From: Treponema sp.
GTDB taxonomy: Bacteria > Spirochaetota > Spirochaetia > Treponematales > Treponemataceae
Length of the DNA: 63,538 nucleotides
Reading direction: 5' to 3'
Assembly: GCA_041670585.1 (NCBI GenBank)
Contig: JBAXYY010000001.1
Location: 1 to 63,538 of the forward strand
The notes below the pieces were generated by a model, which saw nothing but the letters and a program-made list of their open reading frames with translations, was not told where the DNA came from and searched no databases. Below, in pieces: positions 1-7,878 of this stretch; the stretch's first letter is position 1; each line of letters begins with the position of its first letter. The position numbers were made by a program, and so were the translations under genes.

Positions 1-174
1 AGCATCTGCATAACTCCATATCTCTACATAATCATTGGAAAACTAGCCCTCACTGTCTTAGCCTCGTCTCTTTTACGCCCAGCAGCCGCAAAAATCATGT
101 ACCCTCCAGAAGATGATGAAGCGATATTTGAAGAACTCAAACGAAAATCTAACCTTAAAGCAAATAAAAAATAG
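1..174 (+). CDS. Partial (3' end) hypothetical membrane protein
   Basis: Frame 1 is open from the window edge to TAG at 172-174 (SICITPYLYIIIGKLALTVLASSLLRP...NKK*); hydrophobic stretch. Confidence 0.55.
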   Translation, partial: SICITPYLYIIIGKLALTVLASSLLRPAAAKIMYPPEDDEAIFEELKRKSNLKANKK

Positions 175-260
175 CATTTTCCTTCAAACACAAAGCAAAC
201 TCCAAGCTAAACAAAAAATAGCATTGATGTAAAACTTCGTTAAATTCCAATTTTTATCTC

Positions 261-324
261 TTGCCCTATTACATTTAGTGGTGTATTATTATCCATAGTG
301 TTCGAAAAACGCTATATATGGACT
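261..324 (+). promoter_or_regulatory. Putative sigma70 promoter of nrdR-nrdD with NrdR box(es)
   Basis: TTGCCC(261)-N17-TATTAT(284); ACGCTATATATGGACT at 309-324 matches the NrdR consensus acaCwAtATaTwGtgt at 12/16; weaker box at 266-281. Confidence 0.55.
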
Positions 325-363
325 GATAAAGTCAATGTTTACAAGAGGTTTTAATAAAAAAGT

Positions 364-831
364 ATGCGCTGCCCTTACTGCGGAAGTCTTGACGACAAAG
401 TAATTGAATCACGAACAATGGCAAACGGAGAAAGCATCCGCCGAAGACGCGAGTGCATTAGCTGCGGCTATCGTTTCACAAGCTACGAGCATATTGAAGA
501 AAAGCCTTTCATGGTTGTAAAAAGGGACGGAAGACGCGAGCCTTTTGACAGGACAAAGCTTGAAAAGGGAATACAGCGCGCTCTTGAAAAACGCCCGGTC
601 TCAACTTCAATGGTTGACCAAATTGTAAATGAAATAGAGGACGAAGCTTACACCAAAGGCAAGGCCACAAGGGAAATCTCAACCACGGAATTAGGAGAGC
701 TTGTGCTGCAGAGGCTTCATGCAGTTGATAAAGTTGCATATATAAGATTCGCAAGTGTTTATAAGCATTTCAACAATCTTGATGAATTCATAAATGAGGT
801 AAATAAGTTGGGAGGGGAAAAAAGTGAGTGA
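364..831 (+). CDS. nrdR: Transcriptional repressor NrdR
   Basis: MRCPYC...RRRRECxxCxxRFTSYE zinc ribbon, ATP cone, VAYIRFASVY. Confidence 0.97.
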   Translation: MRCPYCGSLDDKVIESRTMANGESIRRRRECISCGYRFTSYEHIEEKPFMVVKRDGRREPFDRTKLEKGIQRALEKRPVSTSMVDQIVNEIEDEAYTKGKATREISTTELGELVLQRLHAVDKVAYIRFASVYKHFNNLDEFINEVNKLGGEKSE

Positions 832-2947
832 ACAGTCTGTGTTCCCTGAGTGGAAAAGCTTCCTAGGGACAAACAAAGATGCAGAAACTGCGCATTTTTT
901 AACTAAAGTTGTAAAAAGGTCAGGCGAAATTGCAAACTATGACCGCAGCAAAATTGAAAGCGCTATTGGCAAGGCAATTACAGCCGTTGAAAAGCGTGCA
1001 AACCCGGACAAGGCGCAAATGCTCACTGACCAGGTGGAAGAGCATTTAAGAGTGCTTCTTGCGGGGCGGCGAGCACATTCAATTCCAGCAATTGAAGAGA
1101 TTCAGGACACTGTGGAAACAGTTCTCATTGAATGCAAGGAAGTCGAAGTCGCAAAGGCCTACATTCTTTACCGCGCAAAGCATGACGCTATGAGGGACGC
1201 AAAAAGCCTCATGGTTGACATCTCTAAGACAATGGACGGCTACCTTTCACAGAGCGACTGGCGTGTCAATGAAAACGCGAACGTCAACTTCTCATTGGGC
1301 GGCCTTATTCTCCACAACTCAGGAACTGTAACAGCGAACTACTGGCTTAAAAACATATACACACCTGAAATTGCAAACGCACATGAAACTTGCGCATTCC
1401 ATATACACGACCTTTCCATGTTCTCTGGATACTGCGCCGGCTGGTCATTAAGGCAGCTTATACAGGAAGGTCTTGGCGGAGTTCCAGACAAAATCACTTC
1501 TACCCCTGCCACACACCTTTCCACCCTTGTTAACCAGATTGTCAACTTTTTAGGCATTATGCAGAACGAATGGGCGGGCGCTCAGGCTTTCTCTTCTTTC
1601 GACACATACCTTGCTCCTTTTGTTAAAAAAGACAACCTTACAGAAAAACAGGTGCGCCAGTGCATACAAAGCTACATCTACGGAGTGAACACGCCAAGCA
1701 GATGGGGCTCACAGGCACCTTTCACAAACATAACTCTTGACTGGGTCTGCCCTAACGACTTAAAGAACCAGAAGGCTATTGTTGGCGGCAAGGAGCAGGA
1801 CTTCACATACGGCGACTGTCAGAAGGAAATGGACTTGATCAACAAGCAGTTCATCAAGTTGATGCTGGAAGGAGATGCCGCGGGCAGAGGATTCGGCTAC
1901 CCTATTCCTACATACAATATCACAAAGGACTTCGACTGGGACAGCGAGAACGCACAGCTTCTTTTTGAAATGACAGCCCAGTACGGCACCCCTTACTTCC
2001 AGAACTTTGTGAACTCAGACTTAAACCCAAGCGACGTACGCTCAATGTGCTGCCGCCTTAGGCTTGACAAACGCGAGCTTCGTAAAAGAGGCGGCGGACT
2101 GTTCGGCTCCGACGAATTCACAGGCTCACTTGGAGTTGTTACAATCAACCTGCCGCAGATTGGCTATCTTGCAAAAAATGAAAAGGAATTCTACGCGCGT
2201 CTAGACTATCTTATGGACCTTGCGCGTGACAGCCTTTCTATAAAAAGAAAAGTCATACAAAAGCTTTTTGACGGCGGGCTCTACCCTTACACAAGGCGCT
2301 ACCTTAAAAACTTCAACAACCACTTCAACACAATTGGATTATGCGGCATGAACGAATGCTGCCTTAACTTCCTTGGAGTGAACATTGCAGATGAAAAAGG
2401 CAAGCAGTTCGCGTGCGATGTCCTGGACCACATGAGAAACAGGCTGCAGGACTATCAGGAAAAGACAGGAGAGCTCTTTAACCTAGAGGCCACCCCTGCG
2501 GAAAGCACAAGCTACCGTTTGGCACGCCACGACAAGCAGAACTTCCCTGACATAATCACAAGCGGAACAGACGACCCGTTCTACACAAACAGCACACAGC
2601 TACCTGTAGACTACACTTCAGACATTTTTGAAGCGCTTGACCATCAGGAGGCACTGCAGACAAAGTACACAGGCGGAACTGTATTCCACACATTCATGGG
2701 CGAGCAGATAAAGGACTGGAAGGCTTGCCGTGACTTGGTGCGCACAATAATGAGCAACTACCGCATACCTTATGTGACAATAAGCCCAACCTACTCAATC
2801 TGCAAAATCCACGGCTATCTTAACGGACAGCAGTTCGAATGCCCAAAATGCAAGGCGGAAAAGGAGCAGGCGTTAAAGGCAAAGCTTGCGTCGCTTGAAG
2901 CAGAGCGTGATCAGGTTGAAGCTTCGCAGAGCAACGTAAACGCTTAA
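824..2947 (+). CDS. nrdD: Class III (anaerobic) ribonucleoside-triphosphate reductase, large catalytic subunit lacking the glycyl-radical loop
   Basis: N-terminal ATP cone, HIHDL, GYCAGW, SMCCRL finger loop, NLEATPAES, YTGGTVFH, CxxH...CPxC zinc site; no RIVGYY motif before the stop; GTG start overlaps the nrdR 3' end. Confidence 0.95.
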   Translation: MSEQSVFPEWKSFLGTNKDAETAHFLTKVVKRSGEIANYDRSKIESAIGKAITAVEKRANPDKAQMLTDQVEEHLRVLLAGRRAHSIPAIEEIQDTVETVLIECKEVEVAKAYILYRAKHDAMRDAKSLMVDISKTMDGYLSQSDWRVNENANVNFSLGGLILHNSGTVTANYWLKNIYTPEIANAHETCAFHIHDLSMFSGYCAGWSLRQLIQEGLGGVPDKITSTPATHLSTLVNQIVNFLGIMQNEWAGAQAFSSFDTYLAPFVKKDNLTEKQVRQCIQSYIYGVNTPSRWGSQAPFTNITLDWVCPNDLKNQKAIVGGKEQDFTYGDCQKEMDLINKQFIKLMLEGDAAGRGFGYPIPTYNITKDFDWDSENAQLLFEMTAQYGTPYFQNFVNSDLNPSDVRSMCCRLRLDKRELRKRGGGLFGSDEFTGSLGVVTINLPQIGYLAKNEKEFYARLDYLMDLARDSLSIKRKVIQKLFDGGLYPYTRRYLKNFNNHFNTIGLCGMNECCLNFLGVNIADEKGKQFACDVLDHMRNRLQDYQEKTGELFNLEATPAESTSYRLARHDKQNFPDIITSGTDDPFYTNSTQLPVDYTSDIFEALDHQEALQTKYTGGTVFHTFMGEQIKDWKACRDLVRTIMSNYRIPYVTISPTYSICKIHGYLNGQQFECPKCKAEKEQALKAKLASLEAERDQVEASQSNVNA

Positions 2948-2963
2948 AAATGATTAAATAAAA

Positions 2964-2998
2964 GGCATAAAGCTATAAAGTATTAACGGCTTTATGTC
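2964..2998 (+). terminator. Hairpin after nrdD (possible terminator or processing stem)
   Basis: GGCATAAAGCT...GGCTTTATGTC inverted repeat; weak U-tract. Confidence 0.45.
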
Positions 2999-3052
2999 GA
3001 AATATAGTGTAGTTTGCTTTACAAAAGAGTAAAACTACGCTATATTTAGTGT
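2995..3052 (+). promoter_or_regulatory. Tandem NrdR boxes and sigma70 promoter for the glycyl-radical subunit gene
   Basis: TGTCGAAATATAGTGT (2995-3010, 11/16) and ACGCTATATTTAGTGT (3037-3052, 14/16), 42 bp apart; TTTACA(3018)-N17-TATATT(3041) overlaps the second box. Confidence 0.75.
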
Positions 3053-3175
3053 ACTTAAAGGCTGTTAAAGGCCCGCACTAAAATATATAAAAAACGTAAT
3101 GTCATTACGTGCAAAGTTTTGAATTATGCCCTGTAAAGCCAGGGAAGTAAAGTAATTCTCGGGAGGATATTACTT

Positions 3176-3754
3176 ATGGAAACAGCAAAAAGAACATTGG
3201 CACAAATCGATGCCGAAATCGCAGAGACAAAGGACGAGCTAAAGAACGTCCATGGAACAGAAACAGAAGTCTACGCAAGAATCGTAGGCTACTACCGTGC
3301 TGTACGCAACTGGAACAAAGGCAAGCGTGATGAATTTGACCACCGCAAGATGTTCTCAATTGAAGACAGCAAGGAATATAATATTACAGAAGCAGACGGC
3401 GCTGATTGTGGCTGCAAAATGGAAAATGTAACAAAAGCAGCAAAATCTTCAACAGCCGCAACAGTGGCTTCAAATTTAGTGTCAGGAGAAACAGCCGCAA
3501 GCTACGAGATGTTTGTTAGACAAACATGCCCTAACTGCCCTCCTGTAAAACAGTACATGGCAAATGTAAGCATTGCAGGAAAATCAATTGATGTTGACAC
3601 AGACGCAGGCCTCCAGCTAGCAGCCGCAAAAGGAGTGTTTGCAACTCCAACAGTAATAATCTACAGCCAGACAGGCGCGGAAATTGGAAGAGCGCATACA
3701 ACTTCAGAGCTTGACGACATTCTTGTCACAGCAAAAGAAGCAGTTCTAGCTTAA
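3176..3754 (+). CDS. Stand-alone NrdD glycyl-radical domain fused to a C-terminal glutaredoxin/thioredoxin-like domain
   Basis: RBS GGGAGGA; TEVYARIVGYYRAVRNWNKGKRDEFDHR is the NrdD C-terminal Gly-radical motif; C-terminal CPNCPPVK...IDVD...GVFATPTVII redoxin-like fold. Confidence 0.88.
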   Translation: METAKRTLAQIDAEIAETKDELKNVHGTETEVYARIVGYYRAVRNWNKGKRDEFDHRKMFSIEDSKEYNITEADGADCGCKMENVTKAAKSSTAATVASNLVSGETAASYEMFVRQTCPNCPPVKQYMANVSIAGKSIDVDTDAGLQLAAAKGVFATPTVIIYSQTGAEIGRAHTTSELDDILVTAKEAVLA

Positions 3755-3777
3755 TCAATCAGACTAATTCTTTATAA

Positions 3778-3821
3778 AACCACAGGACACCGCTAAAACG
3801 GAACGCCTGTGGTTATTTTTT
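3778..3821 (+). terminator. Rho-independent terminator
   Basis: AACCACAGG...CCTGTGGTT followed by ATTTTTT. Confidence 0.65.
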
Positions 3822-3910
3822 GCATCAAGTTTCATCAACCAAAATGGAAGAATCTATAAACATAAGCTTTCAAAAAAGTCAAATATATTCAAAACGTGGG
3901 AAGAAGTAAA

Positions 3911-4699
3911 ATGTCAGACAATCTTTTAGACACACCAGCAGGCTCTTTAATAAAAACAACACTTGTTGACTTTCCAAGCAGGGTCGCAAGCACAATATTC
4001 TTGGAAGGATGCAACCTACGCTGCCCCTACTGCTACAACACAAGCCTTGTCCTGGGCACTCAAAAATCAAATGAAGCGCCTGCAAAAGAAAACAACTTCA
4101 ACAGGGACTACAAATGCTCAACGTTACGAGAGGCCATAGATCACCTTGAAAAACGCCGCAATGTTCTTACAGGCCTTGTAATTTCAGGCGGGGAGCCTCT
4201 TTTGAACCCACGAACGCCTGTTTTAATAAAGGAAGCAAAAAAACTTGGATATAAAATAAAGCTAGACACAAACGGCACTCTTCCAGACAGGCTTCAGTCG
4301 TTCATAGAGGACGACGAGCTAAAGCCAGACTACATTGCAATGGACATAAAGACTTCACCTTCAAGATCATATCTTCTTGCAAGCGAGTCATCTAAAAAAG
4401 ATGCCGATGTAAAAGACGAGCTTGAGCATTCAATAGAACGCTCTGTAAAAATAATATCGCAGTTCCCAAAAGACTGCCGTGAATGGCGAACAGTTCTTGT
4501 GCCGCCGCTTGTAAAAGAAGAAGACATAAAAGAAATAGCCGCTGTTCTTCCAAAAGATGCACGTTGGTACTTTGCCCAGTTCAGAAATGAAAACTGCATA
4601 GACCCTTCATACAACAAGATCGACCCTTACTTGGACAGGGACTTAAAGCGCCTAGTAGAATACGCCAAATCGCTAATAGAAGGCGCCGAATTCCGCTAA
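3911..4699 (+). CDS. nrdG: Anaerobic RNR activating enzyme (radical SAM)
   Basis: TLVDFP, GCNLRCPYC (CxxxCxxC), SGGEP, KLDTNG, AMDIKT; ATG 3911 preferred over GTG 3896. Confidence 0.92.
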   Translation: MSDNLLDTPAGSLIKTTLVDFPSRVASTIFLEGCNLRCPYCYNTSLVLGTQKSNEAPAKENNFNRDYKCSTLREAIDHLEKRRNVLTGLVISGGEPLLNPRTPVLIKEAKKLGYKIKLDTNGTLPDRLQSFIEDDELKPDYIAMDIKTSPSRSYLLASESSKKDADVKDELEHSIERSVKIISQFPKDCREWRTVLVPPLVKEEDIKEIAAVLPKDARWYFAQFRNENCIDPSYNKIDPYLDRDLKRLVEYAKSLIEGAEFR

Positions 4700-4716
4700 T
4701 AAAGCGCTGTTCCACC

Positions 4717-4746
4717 TTGACAAAGAAGTTTGTTTTCTGATATATT
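4717..4746 (+). promoter_or_regulatory. Sigma70 promoter for tRNA-Met
   Basis: TTGACA-N18-TATATT with TG extension. Confidence 0.6.
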
Positions 4747-4758
4747 CTCAACATTCGT

Positions 4759-4831
4759 GGTGGCATAGTTCAGTTGGTAGAACAACGGACTCATATTCCG
4801 TATGTCAGAGGTTCGATCCCTCTTGCCACTA
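4759..4831 (+). tRNA. tRNA with CAT anticodon (probably elongator Met; Ile2 not excluded)
   Basis: GGTGGCA/TGCCACT acceptor stem, ACGGA-CTCATAT-TCCGT anticodon arm, GGTTCGATCC T arm. Confidence 0.9.
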
Positions 4832-4837
4832 AACATA

Positions 4838-4871
4838 AGGACCATTTTCTTATAGAGAATGGTCTTTTTTT
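4838..4871 (+). terminator. Terminator after tRNA-Met
   Basis: AGGACCATTTTC...GAGAATGGTCTT followed by T-tract. Confidence 0.65.
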
Positions 4872-4889
4872 ATTTACAAGGAGTATTTT

Positions 4890-5843
4890 ATGAAAGCAGA
4901 AAATTTCAAAAGTCCATACAAGGGACGCTCGCTTTTAAACTGGATTGACTGGACTCCTGAAGAAATCACACAGATTTTAAACTGGGCCGTTCAGGTAAAA
5001 AAAGAGGCGCACAAAGGAGAAGTCCACCAGCGATTTTTAGGAAAGACAATAGCCCTTATATTTGAAAAACGCTCCACACGCACACGCTCCTCTTTTGAGA
5101 CAGCATTTGGCGAAGAAGGCGGCCACCCAGTTTTCATGTCAACACAAGACATACAGCTTGGCGGAAAGGAATCAGTGCAGGACACAGCCCGTGTGCTAGG
5201 CAGAATGTTCAGCGCAATAGAGTTCCGCGGCTATAAGCAGGAGCATGTTGAGCAGCTTGCAAAATACTCAGGCGTACCTGTAATAAACGGCCTTACTGAC
5301 ACATACCACCCAACACAGGCGCTTGCCGACGTAATGACGCTTTACGAGCAGTTCGGTCACTTAAAAGGACTGACATGGTGCTTCTGCGGTGACGGACGCA
5401 ACAATGTGGCACGTTCCCTTATGCTTATTTCAGCAAAGCTTGGAATCAACTTTTCAATATTCAGCCCAAAGGAGCTTTTCCCAGGCCAGGATATTATAGA
5501 CATCTGCAAGCCATTTGCTGAACAGTCAGGCGCAAAAATCACAATTTCTGATGAAAATTCAGTTGTCAAAGGAGCTGATTGCCTTTATACTGATGTGTGG
5601 GTTTCCATGGGTGAAGAAGCGCTCAAGGAAGAACGCACAAAGTTGCTAAGACCGTTTCAGGTGAACAAGGTCCTGATTGATGCGACCGGCAAGCAAAACA
5701 CAATATTCATGCACTGTCTGCCCGCAATAAAGGAACAGGAAGTTACAGAAGAAGTGTTTGAAAGTCCACAAAGCAAAGTTTGGGACGAAGCAGAAAACCG
5801 TAAGCATACGATTAAAGCAATAATGCTTGCACTTATAAAATAA
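4890..5843 (+). CDS. argF: Ornithine carbamoyltransferase
   Basis: FEKRSTRTR, HPTQ, GDGRNN, YTDVWVSMG, HCLP motifs. Confidence 0.93.
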   Translation: MKAENFKSPYKGRSLLNWIDWTPEEITQILNWAVQVKKEAHKGEVHQRFLGKTIALIFEKRSTRTRSSFETAFGEEGGHPVFMSTQDIQLGGKESVQDTARVLGRMFSAIEFRGYKQEHVEQLAKYSGVPVINGLTDTYHPTQALADVMTLYEQFGHLKGLTWCFCGDGRNNVARSLMLISAKLGINFSIFSPKELFPGQDIIDICKPFAEQSGAKITISDENSVVKGADCLYTDVWVSMGEEALKEERTKLLRPFQVNKVLIDATGKQNTIFMHCLPAIKEQEVTEEVFESPQSKVWDEAENRKHTIKAIMLALIK

Positions 5844-5863
5844 GGAAACCAAGGAAGGCTTTT

Positions 5864-6304
5864 ATGAAAAAGATTTTAACAGCTTTAATATTAGCAATGT
5901 GCTTAGTGCTCCCTCTATTTGCAGAAGGCACATCAAATGAAGAAAAAACAAAACCTGTATGGGACCACGGCGACAATGTTTCAAACATGACATATCAGAA
6001 TGTCAGAATCTACAAAATTCTTGACCAGAAGGACTCATACGTTATTCTTTATGCAAAGAAAGGAATGGAAATTGGACAAGCTGTAGTTCCAAAAAAATGG
6101 GCTAAAGAATTTCCAAGAAAACTTGCCTTCCGTAAAACACCAAAAGGACTAAATTCCTATATGACAGTAATCAAAAAGGAAGACGAATTCTACAAAGTAT
6201 GGCTTACAATTCCTGTCAGCAGAAACAACTCTATTTGGGGAATAATTGAAAGCGGCACAAACGTAGACGGAACAGATGCCGATACATTGGAAATTGAATA
6301 TTAA
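5864..6304 (+). CDS. Exported hypothetical protein
   Basis: Signal peptide MKKILTALILAMCLVLPLFA; RBS present. Confidence 0.75.
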   Translation: MKKILTALILAMCLVLPLFAEGTSNEEKTKPVWDHGDNVSNMTYQNVRIYKILDQKDSYVILYAKKGMEIGQAVVPKKWAKEFPRKLAFRKTPKGLNSYMTVIKKEDEFYKVWLTIPVSRNNSIWGIIESGTNVDGTDADTLEIEY

Positions 6305-6409
6305 AATTTTGTGATGCGCCTTAAACATCATATTTGATTTCTTAAGAAAGGCTGGAATAAAATATTCCCGCCTTTTTTTATATACAACACAGCAACATAA
6401 AAAAATAAA

Positions 6410-6442
6410 GGTCATCTCAGAAATCAACTTTTCAGAGATCAC
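6410..6442. repeat. Degenerate copy of ~35-bp palindromic intergenic repeat
   Basis: GGTCATCTCAGAAATCAACTTTTCAGAGATCAC. Confidence 0.55.
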
Positions 6443-6462
6443 AACAATTCAAGGAAAATTAA

Positions 6463-7446
6463 ATGCTAATTTTATCAACTGAACAAATCGCCTCATTCAA
6501 ATCATTTATAACATCACATGAAACTTTTATAATCACAGGGCACAAGGAGCCAGACGGAGACTGTATTTCAAGCTGCATTGGCATTTCTTACATCATTAAA
6601 AAGATCAACAAGCCTTACACAATGCTTAACGCAGGTCCATTTAAGCGTACTGAAATAAAGAAAAATGCTGAATTTTTCAAAAACGAACTGCCCTTCATGA
6701 CACAGGAAGAGCGCGACAAATGTGGAATAATAATTGTTGACTGTTCAGAGCTTTCTAGACTTGGAGAAATAGACGGAGATTTAAAAGGCTTTGACACATT
6801 CATAATAGACCACCACAAGACAGCCGACTCTTCTTTAAAAAATGCAATAATAGACCCGTCTTCACCAGCCGCAAGTTGCCTTGTTCAGCAATTGTATGAA
6901 GCTATTGTAGGCAAACCCGATGCCGAAGCGGCAAACACGCTGTTCTTTGGACTTTCTACAGACACAGGTTTCTTTAGGTTTCTTTCAACAGACAGCGCAG
7001 AAGTTTTCAAAGCGGCGGCGCGTCTTGTTGAGGCAGGAGCAAATCCAAGAAAAATTTACGATGAAATGACAAGCGGGAAACCGTGGAACACAAGAAAGCT
7101 TTTAGGGCTAATGCTCACAAGGGCAGAAAAAAAATTCAACGGCAAGCTTATTGTAACATACGAAACCATGGATGACACTCACAAGTACGGCACAGAAGGA
7201 AGGGACAGCGATGCCCTCTACCAAATGCTTTTGGCAGTAGATGGAGTAGAGGCTGTTCTTTTTGTAAGACAGGAAGCAGAAAACAGTTGCACTTTAGGCT
7301 TCAGATCAAGGGATGATGTTGATGTAAGCGTAATTGCAGCTAAATTTGGAGGCGGCGGCCACAAAAATGCTTCTGGCGGAAGTGCTGAAGGAAAAATTGA
7401 GACTCTTATTCCTGCCATCTGCAAAGAATTTTCAAAAGTCATATAA
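6463..7446 (+). CDS. nrnA: DHH/DHHA1 oligoribonuclease / pAp phosphatase (NrnA-like)
   Basis: HKEPDGDC, IDHH, TDTGFF, FGGGGHKNASG. Confidence 0.88.
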   Translation: MLILSTEQIASFKSFITSHETFIITGHKEPDGDCISSCIGISYIIKKINKPYTMLNAGPFKRTEIKKNAEFFKNELPFMTQEERDKCGIIIVDCSELSRLGEIDGDLKGFDTFIIDHHKTADSSLKNAIIDPSSPAASCLVQQLYEAIVGKPDAEAANTLFFGLSTDTGFFRFLSTDSAEVFKAAARLVEAGANPRKIYDEMTSGKPWNTRKLLGLMLTRAEKKFNGKLIVTYETMDDTHKYGTEGRDSDALYQMLLAVDGVEAVLFVRQEAENSCTLGFRSRDDVDVSVIAAKFGGGGHKNASGGSAEGKIETLIPAICKEFSKVI

Positions 7447-7530
7447 AATCTAGTCAAATGAAAAGAATCTAGTCAAAAATAGTCACAATCTTATTGGAAA
7501 AATAATATTTAAACTAGATTTGACTAGAAT
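7447..7530. repeat. Direct and inverted AATCTAGTCAAA repeats (candidate protein-binding array)
   Basis: Perfect copies at 7447-7458 and 7466-7477; inverted copy TTTGACTAGAAT at 7519-7530; partial copies at 7480 and 7511. Confidence 0.7.
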
Positions 7531-7593
7531 AAATTATTTTAATAATTTAAAATTATATTTTCAGTTAATTTTTATCTATTTTCAATAATATTT

Positions 7594-7620
7594 TAAATAA
7601 AAAACTCCTTTTTCCGATAT
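7594..7620 (+). promoter_or_regulatory. Possible sigma28 promoter
   Basis: TAAA-N15-TCCGATAT, same shape as the flaB and flgN promoters, but in very AT-rich DNA. Confidence 0.4.
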
Positions 7621-7728
7621 TGTTATTTCCACCTAAAAAAAGTATTTAATTTTTAACTTCTTATAATTTAAGCAATTATCATTACAACAGTAATATTTTC
7701 ATCAAAAATCTATTCAAAAAAAACAAAG

Positions 7729-7745
7729 TTGGCACAATTTCTGCA
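7729..7745 (+). promoter_or_regulatory. Sigma54 (-24/-12) promoter
   Basis: TTGGCACAATTTCTGCA versus consensus YTGGCACGNNNNTTGCW; exact GG-N10-GC spacing. Confidence 0.65.
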
Positions 7746-7810
7746 CATTGTTAAATATACGATCATTTCTAAGCCGCTGTAACAGCACAACTTAGAACAT
7801 CGTATTTTCA

Positions 7811-7845
7811 GAGTTGCCTTTAAAAGCTTATGTTTTTGAGGCTCC
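7811..7845. repeat. Degenerate copy of ~35-bp palindromic repeat
   Basis: GAGTTGCCTTTAAAAGCTTATGTTTTTGAGGCTCC. Confidence 0.55.
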
Positions 7846-7878
7846 AATATTTATTTTAATTTTAAAAAAGGAGTTTTT

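Noticed and set aside
3055-3170. Cobalamin riboswitch (GCCCTG...CAGGGAAG looks like part of one)
   Set aside because: The other conserved blocks (GGGAA..GGTG.AA.TCC, AGYCAGRAGACC) are not visible; needs an Rfam scan
2900-3200. Frameshift, intein or intron explaining the NrdD break
   Set aside because: The 228-bp gap contains stops, a hairpin, promoter, NrdR boxes and a strong RBS; there are no intein (C...HN) or group I/II intron hallmarks, and it is too short
7531-7728. AT-rich tract as replication origin
   Set aside because: No DnaA-box cluster (TTATCCACA) and no dnaA/dnaN context
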